DNA of 33,779 nt, from NCBI GenBank assembly GCA_041577335.1, contig JBFGJH010000035.1, positions 1 through 33,779 on the forward strand, in the 5' to 3' direction. Each line of letters starts with the position of its first letter. Position 1 is the first letter of the stretch. Position numbers and translations under genes: made by a program. Below are positions 21,700 to 30,028 of the stretch, piece after piece. Under the pieces are notes generated by a model. That model searched no databases. It was not told where the DNA came from and saw only the letters and a list, made by a program, of their open reading frames with translations. Source of the stretch: Acidimicrobiia bacterium (lineage in GTDB: Bacteria > Actinomycetota > Acidimicrobiia > Spongiisociales > JAENVV01).

Positions 21700-22548
21700 T
21701 CACGAGGCCACGGTTGCCAGCACCCGACAGGGGCTGCCCGAGCCTTCTTCCCAAGGAATCGGGCCTACGAACGCGGTGGCGCCACGCGCGGGGATCTGAT
21801 CGAGGTTTGCCAGGTTCTCCACCCCCCAACGACCACTGCCGAGAAACCCGACATGAACCGCGAAGTCGGCGGAATTGCCCGGGTCGAGGCTCATCGTGTC
21901 GACGCCGATGCCCACCGGATTACGGCGGCGGACCAACCATTCCGCTGCATTGCCCGAGAATCCGGGGAAGTTCAGGTCCGGGAACCCGGCACCACCACGG
22001 AACGCCGCATTGTCACCAACCTTGTCCGCCCAACCGGAGTACATACACACCAAAGCATGCTCGGGTATCCGCCCGTACGCTCGCTCGTGAGCAATGAGGT
22101 CGCCGACCTCGACGGTGGCGTTGGGATCGACCGCCGCTCTTCGGCTGATGTCCACCACCACAATCTCGGCGATCAGGGTGCTGGGATCCAACTCGTCAAC
22201 CAGGGACATTCCCGGCGAGAAGTGCCCGGGCGTATCGATGTGGGTTCCGATGTGCTCATCGACCGTCCACTTCTTTCCGTAGAAGCCAGCTGTGTCGATC
22301 TCGAACAAGACCTCGTCAAAGACCGCCTGCGGCCCAAGGAACGACGGAAACGTCTTCACGAGGCGGTGGGTGAGGTCGACTACGGATTGATGGCCGGCTG
22401 CTCGAGCCGGGAGCATTGGAGCCGTCACGGCCATGGCCGCGCCGGCAGCCGTGGCCGCGCCCAGTTTGAGGAATGAGCGCCTCCCTGGGTCGGCCGGCTC
22501 GGGGGCCGGAATGGGACGGTGAGCGTGCGGGACGGCACTAACGCACAT
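21700..22548 (-). CDS. Cyclase family protein (kynurenine formamidase-like metal hydrolase) with Tat signal
   Basis: HIGTHIDTPGH, FPGFS, GIGVDTMSLD, VENLANL, GSGSPCRVLA; twin-arginine GRRSFLK and ARA cleavage site. ATG 22548 with AAGGAGG SD. Confidence 0.88.
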   Translation of the reverse strand: MCVSAVPHAHRPIPAPEPADPGRRSFLKLGAATAAGAAMAVTAPMLPARAAGHQSVVDLTHRLVKTFPSFLGPQAVFDEVLFEIDTAGFYGKKWTVDEHIGTHIDTPGHFSPGMSLVDELDPSTLIAEIVVVDISRRAAVDPNATVEVGDLIAHERAYGRIPEHALVCMYSGWADKVGDNAAFRGGAGFPDLNFPGFSGNAAEWLVRRRNPVGIGVDTMSLDPGNSADFAVHVGFLGSGRWGVENLANLDQIPARGATAFVGPIPWEEGSGSPCRVLATVAS

Positions 22549-22659
22549 GGGGACCTCCTTCGGCAGCCTCGCACTTGAACATACCGGACGGAGGTCCGCT
22601 TGCGCGAGCCAATCGTCCCGTCCGTTGCAGCCGGCAGACGAGCCCGCCAGGATGACGCG

Positions 22660-23367
22660 ATGACCTACCAGCATCCGTACCCCAGCCCCGAGCTCGAGGC
22701 CCAATATCCATTCCACGAATACGAGGCCGTTTCGTATCCAGAGAGCGAGATGCGCTTGCGAGCAACCTCATTTCGCCAGGAGCTGGAGCGGCGCAGGAGC
22801 GTGCGAATGTTCTCGGATCAGCCTGTCCCCCGTGATCTGATCGAGTCCGCCATCGCCACCGCCTCGACCGCGCCATCGGGCGCCCATCAGCAGCCATGGA
22901 CATGGGTGGCGATCGCCTCAGCCGACGTGAAGCGCCAGATCAGGATGGCGGCCGAGGAGGAGGAGCGCACCAACTACCTCGAGCACCGTATGAACGAGGC
23001 CTGGCAGAAGGCGCTGGCGCCCATCGGCACCGATTGGCACAAGGAGTACCTCGAGGTCGTTCCATGGATCGTCGTGCTGTTCGAGCAGCGGTATGGCGTT
23101 GCAGAGGACGGCGGACGCGTGCATCACTACTACGTAAAGGAGAGTTGTGGGATTGCCGCCGGCTTGTTCATCACAGCTCTCCATCACATGGGCTTGGCGA
23201 CACTCACACATACTCCCAGTCCGATGGCGTTCTTGACCAACCTCCTCGATCGCCCCGAGAACGAACGACCTTCCATCCTGTTCCCGATCGGTCATCCCCT
23301 ACCGGGCGTAAAGGTCCCGACGCTGACTCGCAAGGGCATCGACGATGTTGCGGTGTGGTTCGACTAG
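22660..23367 (+). CDS. Nitroreductase superfamily, iodotyrosine deiodinase-like
   Basis: RRSVRMFS, TAPSGAHQQPW, lid EEEERTNY...LAPIGTDWHKEYLE, YYVKESCGIA, LTHTPSPM, RPENE, TRK. Confidence 0.85.
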   Translation: MTYQHPYPSPELEAQYPFHEYEAVSYPESEMRLRATSFRQELERRRSVRMFSDQPVPRDLIESAIATASTAPSGAHQQPWTWVAIASADVKRQIRMAAEEEERTNYLEHRMNEAWQKALAPIGTDWHKEYLEVVPWIVVLFEQRYGVAEDGGRVHHYYVKESCGIAAGLFITALHHMGLATLTHTPSPMAFLTNLLDRPENERPSILFPIGHPLPGVKVPTLTRKGIDDVAVWFD

Positions 23368-23402
23368 GGCACCGTGACCTCTTGGGATCGGCGCTTGACG
23401 AG

Positions 23403-23663
23403 GTGAGACAGATCTGGCGCCTGCTGCTCGTCGCGGTGCTGGCTGTCACGCTGTCGGCGTGCGCGCCTGGTACGGCAACGCTCAGCCCGGCCGACCCGGC
23501 CGGTTTCTTTGCAGGCATCTGGCACGGCTGGATCGCACCGTCCGCTCTGATCGCCCATTTGTTCGACGGCGACGTTCGCATCTATGAAGTGGACAACACC
23601 GGCAGCTGCTACGACGTCGCTTCTACAATCCGGGTATCTCTGGTTTCGGAGGCATCAGCCTGA
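23403..23663 (+). pseudogene. Small lipoprotein/membrane protein, apparently frameshifted near its 3' end
   Basis: Lipobox LSAC; PAGFFAGIWHG, VRIYEVDNTG. A plausible FY...ISGFGGISLSRR tail lies in another frame from about 23621. Confidence 0.5.
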
Positions 23664-23742
23664 GCCGGAGAGAGTCGCACCAAGGCCGAGTGATCGGTGC
23701 CCCACCTGAACCGCGACTGTGTCGTGATCGGAGCCGCGGGAC

Positions 23743-24678
23743 TCAACCTCCTTGGCCGCCTCGGTTCCACCAGTCGAGCACCCGAAGCGCCCGGAGCGTG
23801 TTCCACCGACCGGGCCGGCGACCTTCCTCCATTCGGAAATAGACCTCGCCCGAGTAGCGCGGCCCGATCGGCCAGCGGCCGTCCGACCTTCTTCGATCGG
23901 CTAGCACGTCGAGGGCGTCGGCAGCCCGATCGTCCTTGGCAGCTCCGGTGTCCTGGAAATGGTCGAGACCTCGCAGCACGTCGTAGTGCCAGCGCGGCGG
24001 AAAGGAGAATCGCAAGAAATGGGGACTCACCACCGCGCCCGTGCGATGCGAACGAAACAGCCGGTGCGCGAGCAGAAACTCCTGGCCCGAGACGATCGCC
24101 AAGTCGGCGTCATTGCGCTGCGTTCTTCGCCGCCACTGGGCCAACCCCTCCAAGACCGAGATGGTGGTGTGAAACGACGAGTGCGTATCGCCGAGATGAT
24201 CCCGACAATTCCAACCACCGTCGGCCATTGCCGATCGAACCAGCAATTCGGCTATCGAGTCGATGCGGGAGTCGTCCCCCTCAAACCACGATGCAATCGA
24301 CAACACCATGCCATTGACACAACGCTCGGCGAGGAGCCGGCCCGACCAATAGGAAACACCGCCCTCCACCCAATCGGCCTCATCGAGCAAAACCGCGGAG
24401 CCGTGAATGCCGGCGGGATCCGATGGAGGAAGACCGAGCCGGCGCAGCAGCAGCAAGGTATAAGTCGTGGATGTCCACTTCGGCTGATACAGACCGCCGG
24501 CCCAGCGCCCGGACGACTGTTGCTGATCGACGAGGCGGCGACCCCAGCCCTGCGACGACACGAGCTGGCGGGTCGGGCGCCACACGGTTTCGTCGGCTCC
24601 GGCGAGGTCCCGCTGGGTCTGCCAGGCGACTGAAGGGTCACCTTCGAGGAGCCACTCGACAATCTCTGCCCGATCCAC
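23743..24678 (-). CDS. Prenyltransferase/squalene-cyclase-like alpha-barrel protein of unknown function
   Basis: WLLEGDPS, QW-like repeats (QQSSGRW, ADGGWNC, RSDGRW), SSFHTT, FPPRWHYDVLRGLD, SRWNT-like end. GTG 24678 with -10 TACTCT 6 nt upstream. Confidence 0.7.
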   Translation of the reverse strand: MDRAEIVEWLLEGDPSVAWQTQRDLAGADETVWRPTRQLVSSQGWGRRLVDQQQSSGRWAGGLYQPKWTSTTYTLLLLRRLGLPPSDPAGIHGSAVLLDEADWVEGGVSYWSGRLLAERCVNGMVLSIASWFEGDDSRIDSIAELLVRSAMADGGWNCRDHLGDTHSSFHTTISVLEGLAQWRRRTQRNDADLAIVSGQEFLLAHRLFRSHRTGAVVSPHFLRFSFPPRWHYDVLRGLDHFQDTGAAKDDRAADALDVLADRRRSDGRWPIGPRYSGEVYFRMEEGRRPGRWNTLRALRVLDWWNRGGQGG

Positions 24679-24761
24679 CGTGCCAGAGTACCGGCCAGTG
24701 GGTAGACACGCATCGGTACGCAGGAGGGCGGCGTAGTGTCGGCTTCGATGAGCGGATCGAC

Positions 24762-25538
24762 ATGACCCCGGAGCTTCACTTTCGGGATGAGGGTACGGGC
24801 CCGCCAGTGGTATTGGTCCACGCCGGAGTGGCCGACGGGCGGATGTGGCAACCCCAGATCGACGGGTTGTCCGATCGATTCCGCATGATCGTGCCCGACT
24901 TACGAGGCTTCGGCACCACTCCGACGCCAGCACACCCGTTCAGTCATGCCGAAGACCTGCACACCATGGCTTCCCGGCTCGGCCTCCGGCAGGCGACCTG
25001 GGTGGGCTGCTCCATGGGCGGGTCGGCGGTCCTCGACCTTGCGCTGGCACATCCCGCGATCGTCTTGGGCATGGTGCTCGTCGACTGTGTGCCAAGCGGG
25101 CAACCCATCACCGATCCCGTGACGACAGCCGGATGGCGGGCGGCGGCCGAAGCTTTCGGGGCTGGAGACATGCAACGTGCGGCCGAGATCGAGATGGAGA
25201 TGTGGCTGCTTGGTCCGGATCGTGTCGATGAAGCAGTTGCAGGGCCTCTCCGTGAGCTCGTCAAGACAATGCTGCTCGACAGCTACCAACATGCCGATGG
25301 CCAAGAGATCAAGTCCGCCCGACCGGCGATCGACCACCTGAGCGATATCGCCGCGCCGACGTTGGTGGTCGTGGGCGAGTACGACCAAGCCCCGTTCCTG
25401 CAGGCAGCACGGCTGATGGCGGCGCGAATCCCCGGCGCCCGGCTCGAAATCGTCGGCGGTGCCGCCCACCTTCCCAGTCTCGAGCACCCCGAGCAGTTCA
25501 ACGACCTGCTCACCGGGTTTCTGTCGTCAGCATTGTGA
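24762..25538 (+). CDS. Alpha/beta fold hydrolase
   Basis: VVLVHAG, DLRGFG, nucleophile elbow GCSMG, PTLVVVGEYD, catalytic AAH...EHP. Confidence 0.9.
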   Translation: MTPELHFRDEGTGPPVVLVHAGVADGRMWQPQIDGLSDRFRMIVPDLRGFGTTPTPAHPFSHAEDLHTMASRLGLRQATWVGCSMGGSAVLDLALAHPAIVLGMVLVDCVPSGQPITDPVTTAGWRAAAEAFGAGDMQRAAEIEMEMWLLGPDRVDEAVAGPLRELVKTMLLDSYQHADGQEIKSARPAIDHLSDIAAPTLVVVGEYDQAPFLQAARLMAARIPGARLEIVGGAAHLPSLEHPEQFNDLLTGFLSSAL

Positions 25539-26098
25539 AGCCTCCCCAGCGCCTCCTCACGGGCGAACGAATCTGTCTCACCGCAATCGAGGCTTCGGAC
25601 CATGCGGAGATCGCGAGGTGGAGCACAGACTCCAACTACCTCCGCAGTATCCGCACGTCCGGTGCAGCCCCCGAGTCAGAAGAGCAGGTGGCGGCATTTG
25701 CGCTTGCTGAGGCCGGCGACCCCAATCGATTCAGCTTTGCAATCCGTGAGAACGATCAGCCGAAAATCATTGGGATCGCGCTCATCAAGGACATCGAGTG
25801 GCCGAACGGTACGGGATGGCTGGCAATCGGCATCGGCAGCGCAAGCAACCGCGGGCGAGGGTTGGGCTCGGAAGCCGTGCGGCTGCTGGTCGATTTTGCT
25901 TTCGCAGAGCTGAATCTCCGCAGACTGAGCCTGTCGGTGATCCGCTACAACCAGCGGGCGATCGAGACATATCGTCGACTTGGCTTTGTCGAAGAGGGTG
26001 AGCTCCGCGAGGCGATCGAACGCGACGGGAGCCACCACGACCTCCTCATCATGGGCTTGCTCGCCTCGGAATGGCCCGACAGTCCCAACACTCGATGA
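25535..26098 (+). CDS. GNAT N-acetyltransferase (RimJ/SpeG-like)
   Basis: RGRGLGSEA, FAELNLRRLSL, NQRAIETYRRLGF.EEG. GTG overlaps the upstream stop. Confidence 0.9.
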   Translation: MKPPQRLLTGERICLTAIEASDHAEIARWSTDSNYLRSIRTSGAAPESEEQVAAFALAEAGDPNRFSFAIRENDQPKIIGIALIKDIEWPNGTGWLAIGIGSASNRGRGLGSEAVRLLVDFAFAELNLRRLSLSVIRYNQRAIETYRRLGFVEEGELREAIERDGSHHDLLIMGLLASEWPDSPNTR

Positions 26099-26461
26099 TC
26101 AGCCAACGATGGTGCCGCCGAATGCGATCCTGCCTCGTGCGGCAGGCTCATAGATCACGTGGATGTTCTCGGCCGGTCGACGGCACGCATCCGCCACAAC
26201 GTCGACGACTTTGGAGATTTCGGAGCCCAAGTCGCTGTCGCTTGGCATATCGGCTCTGACGATTGAAACAAACACGGGCAGCACATCTGGACCCGGGCCT
26301 CCGTCACCCTCCCCGTAATGAGAGGCGTCCAGTCTGCGGATCTTCACCCACGTCCCGCTCGCCGCTCCACCGAACACTCGGGCGAGGCGTTTCGCCAATA
26401 CCGCCGGAAGGTCGGGCGCCAACGGCCCACTACCAACAAGCTCGACATCGACGATCGGCAT
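26099..26461 (-). CDS. Tautomerase superfamily protein
   Basis: Catalytic Pro after Met (MPIVDVELV), two beta-alpha-beta units, RPAENIHVIYE...FGG. SD AAGGGA. Confidence 0.7.
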   Translation of the reverse strand: MPIVDVELVGSGPLAPDLPAVLAKRLARVFGGAASGTWVKIRRLDASHYGEGDGGPGPDVLPVFVSIVRADMPSDSDLGSEISKVVDVVADACRRPAENIHVIYEPAARGRIAFGGTIVG

Positions 26462-26544
26462 GATCGGTCCCTTCGGCAGTAACGCTGCCGAAGGCGTCGG
26501 AACAGCCCAGGCAGTTTCACCAGGATATGCGGTAGCCTTTGAGA

Positions 26545-27048
26545 ATGCCGCCCACCCGCCTCAACCACGCCGTGCTCTATGTCAGGGACGCCGAGGCCAC
26601 CGCCAAGTTCTTCGCCCACCACCTCGGATTCCAGATCACCGCGCAGCTTCCGGGAGCCGTGTTCATATCCTGCGCAGGCTCACTCAACGATCACGACCTC
26701 GGCCTTTTCACGATTGGCGAACAAGCCGGCCCTTCGGCGGCCGGCCGCCAAACCGTCGGTCTCTATCACCTCGCTTGGGAGGTTCCCACCCTGGGCGAGC
26801 TCCAACGGCTCGCAGAGGAAATGGCCGCCGTAGGCGCGTTGCGTGGGGCCAGCGACCACGGCACCTCCAAGTCGCTGTACTGCGTCGATCCCGACGGGTT
26901 GGAATTCGAGCTGTTCTGGGCTGTCCCGCCGGAGCACGTGCCGGAAGGGCAAGGACCGGTCATCGAAAGGCTCGACCTGAGCGCCGAGATCGATCGATAT
27001 GGCGCCGAAACCCCTGGCCGCGTCACGTTCGTAGCACCCACGAGCTAG
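26545..27048 (+). CDS. VOC/glyoxalase family protein
   Basis: RLNHAVLYV, HDLGLF, GLYHLAWEV, SDHG.SKSLY..DPDGLEFE. -10 TAGCCT 6 nt upstream. Confidence 0.88.
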   Translation: MPPTRLNHAVLYVRDAEATAKFFAHHLGFQITAQLPGAVFISCAGSLNDHDLGLFTIGEQAGPSAAGRQTVGLYHLAWEVPTLGELQRLAEEMAAVGALRGASDHGTSKSLYCVDPDGLEFELFWAVPPEHVPEGQGPVIERLDLSAEIDRYGAETPGRVTFVAPTS

Positions 27049-27078
27049 CGACGGCTTCACGCTGGCCGGCCGAATGAC

Positions 27079-27543
27079 TCAGAGAATCTCGAGTTTGAGA
27101 ATGACTTCGTCTTGAGCGGCCTTCGCGAATTCGTCATCCGAGCTCGACGCGGTGGGCAGGCCCCTTGCCTTTGCCGAGCCAGGATGCTGTTCAGCGAAGC
27201 TGCGGAGCAAGGCGCCGGTCTCTGGTCCCCCCTCACGCAATATCCGCGCTCTGGCCCAAACCGGCTTCCCACGCAGGAATAGCTCTACGGTCCCAGGCTC
27301 GCCGATGAAATTCCTCCAGTAGGTCTTCGCTTCCGGCTGGCCAACCACTGCGACCAGTGTCTTGTCATCGTGCCTGGCGTAGGTCACCGGGAGAGAGAAC
27401 GTGCGGCCGGAACGACGGCCCGTATACGTTATGTCGATGAGCCTGCTGCTCAACAGCCAGTGCAGCCGTGACGCCAGGATTCGGGCTGCCAGAGGGTTGA
27501 AGAATCGCTCGAGGGCGACGAAGACCGGGCTCAGAAATCTCAT
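27079..27543 (-). CDS. F420-dependent (deazaflavin) nitroreductase-like split beta-barrel protein
   Basis: NPL...ILASRLH, TYTGRRSGRTFSLPV.Y, YWRNF. -10 TAGGAT 6 nt upstream. Confidence 0.75.
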   Translation of the reverse strand: MRFLSPVFVALERFFNPLAARILASRLHWLLSSRLIDITYTGRRSGRTFSLPVTYARHDDKTLVAVVGQPEAKTYWRNFIGEPGTVELFLRGKPVWARARILREGGPETGALLRSFAEQHPGSAKARGLPTASSSDDEFAKAAQDEVILKLEIL

Positions 27544-27592
27544 CCCGCCATCCTACAAGGCAGCCCCCTGGCCACCAGAACCGGACGATCCG

Positions 27593-27786
27593 CCGTGTCG
27601 AGGCCGCGCTTGGTCACCGTGGTTGGAGCAAGAGACGACCAAGCCCGACTCCGCCTACTCGGTGACCACGAAAGCACCCTCGGTGATCGTTTGGTTGCCG
27701 CTCGATCCTTGGCAATCACCTCGGCGGTACGGACATCGTTTCGTAGGAGGTGATCGTGAGCGCAGCGGAGGCCGGCCTCGACATGG
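27593..27786 (+). other. Multi-stem structured non-coding element (candidate ncRNA or mobile-element remnant)
   Basis: 14-bp closing stem 27593-27606/27773-27786 with one G-U; inner stems 27611-27619/27660-27668 and 27715-27722/27747-27754. Confidence 0.5.
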
Positions 27787-27787
27787 A

Positions 27788-28003
27788 GACTCCAGCAGAC
27801 CACCAACCCACCACTTCGCCCCGGCCCCCCTTCGCCGTTTCCTCCCCTCGCGACGCCGCAGGCGTCGTGTTGGGGGAGGTGGACTCGCCCAAAGGGCGAG
27901 GACGGAGGGGGCGGAGGCGAGGCGAAGCCTCGGCGACGTGAGATCCCAGCAGGAAGACACCGCGGCACGCCGACTCCAGCAGACCACGAACCCTCCACTT
28001 CGC
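27788..28003. repeat. 32-bp direct repeat, 2 copies
   Basis: GACTCCAGCAGACCACCAACCCACCACTTCGC (27788-27819) vs GACTCCAGCAGACCACGAACCCTCCACTTCGC (27972-28003), 30/32 identical. Confidence 0.9.
27814..27927. repeat. REP-like nested palindromic element
   Basis: CTTCGCC/GGCGAAG closing stem; CCTCCCC/GGGGAGG; CGACGCC-GCA-GGCGTCG; CTCGCCC-AAA-GGGCGAG. Confidence 0.6.
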
Positions 28004-28148
28004 TGGCGACCAGGCGTCGCGCGCGTGCTGCAACCGCATTGGAGAACGCGCTGCGATCTCCACGTTTGGCTGCGGTGTGACACCCGGACCAACCCCACCC
28101 AACAACCGGAGAGACGAACCGAGGCAGCAGCCAAAGTCGTCCGACCGA

Positions 28149-29348
28149 TCAACTGGAGCGAAGCGCTTCGGTGGGAGAGAGACGGGCGGCTCGGGTGGCC
28201 GGGTAGACACCGGCAATGATGCCGATGATCAGCGCGGCTGCAACGCCGCCGACGATGGCCAAGGTGGGAATCAGTGCCGACCAGCCACGGATCTGGGCGT
28301 AGACCGTTGTCACCAATACGCCCAACAAGACGCCCGACACACCTCCGAGTGCTGCGAGGAGCAGGCTCTCCCCGAGAAACTGCGTGGCAACCTGGCGCCG
28401 GGTTGCGCCCAATGCCCGTCGCAAGCCGATCTCGGATCGGCGTTCGAGCACCGAGATGACCATCACATTGGCAATCCCGACTCCGCCCACCAGGAGGGCC
28501 ACAGCACCGAGCCCGAGGAAGAGCGCCGTGAGCGTATCGTCGGCCGCCTCTCGGGCCTCGAGCGCATCGCTGGGCCGGTCGACCTCCACCTCTTCGGGGT
28601 TCTCCGGGTTCACAGTGGCCGGCATGACGTTGATGACTTCATCGATGAACGCGGGGTCCACGCGGACCAGGATGCGTGACGGCACGCCATCGTTATCGAG
28701 GAAGGTTTCGGCAGCTGAGGTCCCGACCATGGCCGCCCGGTCGAGATCAGGGGCCAGCTCGAACGTCTCGAGCACACCCACGACGGTGAACCATTGCTCT
28801 CCCAACCACACTTGCTGGGTTCCGGTGACCTCGCTGACGCCGAGCCGTTGCGCGGCGACCGATCCGAGGACGGTTGTTGGGTATTCCGCCGTTGCCTCAT
28901 TGAGCCACCGGCCGTCGGCTACCTCACCGGCAAGCACATCCAGGAGCTCCAGGCCCACGGCTTGGACGGTGACGCCTCCGGTTTGCCCGGTGGGAATGAA
29001 GTCCGTCCGATATACGCTGGCGTCGACCTCGCTGATGGCAGCAGTCGTCTCGACAGGGCCGATTCGGGCAACCATATCGTCGGCAGTTTCGGGCAACTCT
29101 CCGCTGCCCAGCCCGATACCTGTGCCCGCCTGCACGGTCAGGAGGTTGGTGCCGAGCCGATCGAGCGTTGCCAAGAGATCTGACTTCGACGATTCCGAAA
29201 GCCCGAGGACTCCCACCATGGCCGCAATGCCAATAGCGACCCCAAGCGCCGAAAGAACGATTCGCATCGGCCGGGTCCGAGCCCCAACCGTGGCAGTGCG
29301 GAACACATCGGCGACCGACATCCGGGTCCGTTGAAGCTCGTCCATCAC
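28149..29348 (-). CDS. ABC transporter permease (MacB/FtsX family)
   Basis: LSALGVAIGIAA, large extracytoplasmic domain, GGVGIANVMVISVLERRSEIGLRRALGA, YPA.RAARLSP.EALR. Confidence 0.93.
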   Translation of the reverse strand: MMDELQRTRMSVADVFRTATVGARTRPMRIVLSALGVAIGIAAMVGVLGLSESSKSDLLATLDRLGTNLLTVQAGTGIGLGSGELPETADDMVARIGPVETTAAISEVDASVYRTDFIPTGQTGGVTVQAVGLELLDVLAGEVADGRWLNEATAEYPTTVLGSVAAQRLGVSEVTGTQQVWLGEQWFTVVGVLETFELAPDLDRAAMVGTSAAETFLDNDGVPSRILVRVDPAFIDEVINVMPATVNPENPEEVEVDRPSDALEAREAADDTLTALFLGLGAVALLVGGVGIANVMVISVLERRSEIGLRRALGATRRQVATQFLGESLLLAALGGVSGVLLGVLVTTVYAQIRGWSALIPTLAIVGGVAAALIIGIIAGVYPATRAARLSPTEALRSS

Positions 29349-30028
29349 GCTGCCTTTGAATCGGACTCGATCATCCCGTCCCGAAGCCGGACGATGCGAG
29401 GAAACTGTTCGGCAATGGCGAGATCATGGGTGATGACAACGATCGTCGAACCGAATTCGTGAAGCTCCTCCACCAGGCGCACGATGTCGGCACCGGTCTT
29501 GGAATCGAGGTTGCCGGTCGGTTCGTCTGCCAGGACCAGAGACGGCGATCCGACGACGGCTCTCGCAATCGCAACCCGCTGCTTCTCGCCACCGGAGAGC
29601 TCCGTCGCGACATGATCAAAACGGTGTCCGAGACCGACCCTCTCCAGTGCGGTTCGGGCCAAAGACCGGCGGCCCTCCAGGCTCGTGCCTGTATACAGCA
29701 TGCCGTCAGCGACGTTGTCGAGCGCTGTGTAACCGTTCAAGAGATGAAACTGCTGGAAGACGAACCCAATATGGTGAGCGCGCAGAGTCGACAGCTCGGC
29801 GTCGGTCAGATCGGAAACTCTGTACCCGGCGACTTCGACGTCACCGGTAGAAGGTCGATCGAGCGTGCCCATGACATGGAGCAGGGTCGATTTACCCGAT
29901 CCTGACGGGCCGACGACGGCCACGAGCTCTCCTTGCTTGATGTTGAATGTGACGCCTCGCAAGGCGTGAACCGGCGGCGTCATGGGATAGGTCTTGGTGA
30001 CTTCGGTCACCGACAGAACTGACGTCAC
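29345..30028 (-). CDS. ABC transporter ATP-binding protein (MacB/LolD type)
   Basis: GPSGSGKST, IGFVFQQF, LSGGEKQR, LADEPTGNLD, ITHD. Confidence 0.95.
   Translation of the reverse strand: MTSVLSVTEVTKTYPMTPPVHALRGVTFNIKQGELVAVVGPSGSGKSTLLHVMGTLDRPSTGDVEVAGYRVSDLTDAELSTLRAHHIGFVFQQFHLLNGYTALDNVADGMLYTGTSLEGRRSLARTALERVGLGHRFDHVATELSGGEKQRVAIARAVVGSPSLVLADEPTGNLDSKTGADIVRLVEELHEFGSTIVVITHDLAIAEQFPRIVRLRDGMIESDSKAA

Noticed and set aside
23743..24678. Squalene-hopene cyclase / terpene cluster
   Set aside because: About half the expected length, no DxDD, and no hopanoid genes nearby.
27593..27786. Riboswitch controlling the F420-dependent gene (27543, minus strand)
   Set aside because: That gene has its own leaderless -10, the structure folds better on the + strand, and no known aptamer consensus was recognised.
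27788..28003. CRISPR array
   Set aside because: Only two repeats, a 152-bp internally palindromic spacer, and no cas genes.
27401..28219. Long ORFs across the intergenic region (272, 152, 165, 166 aa)
   Set aside because: Arg/Pro-rich low-complexity translations with no domain motifs; explained by high GC and palindromes.
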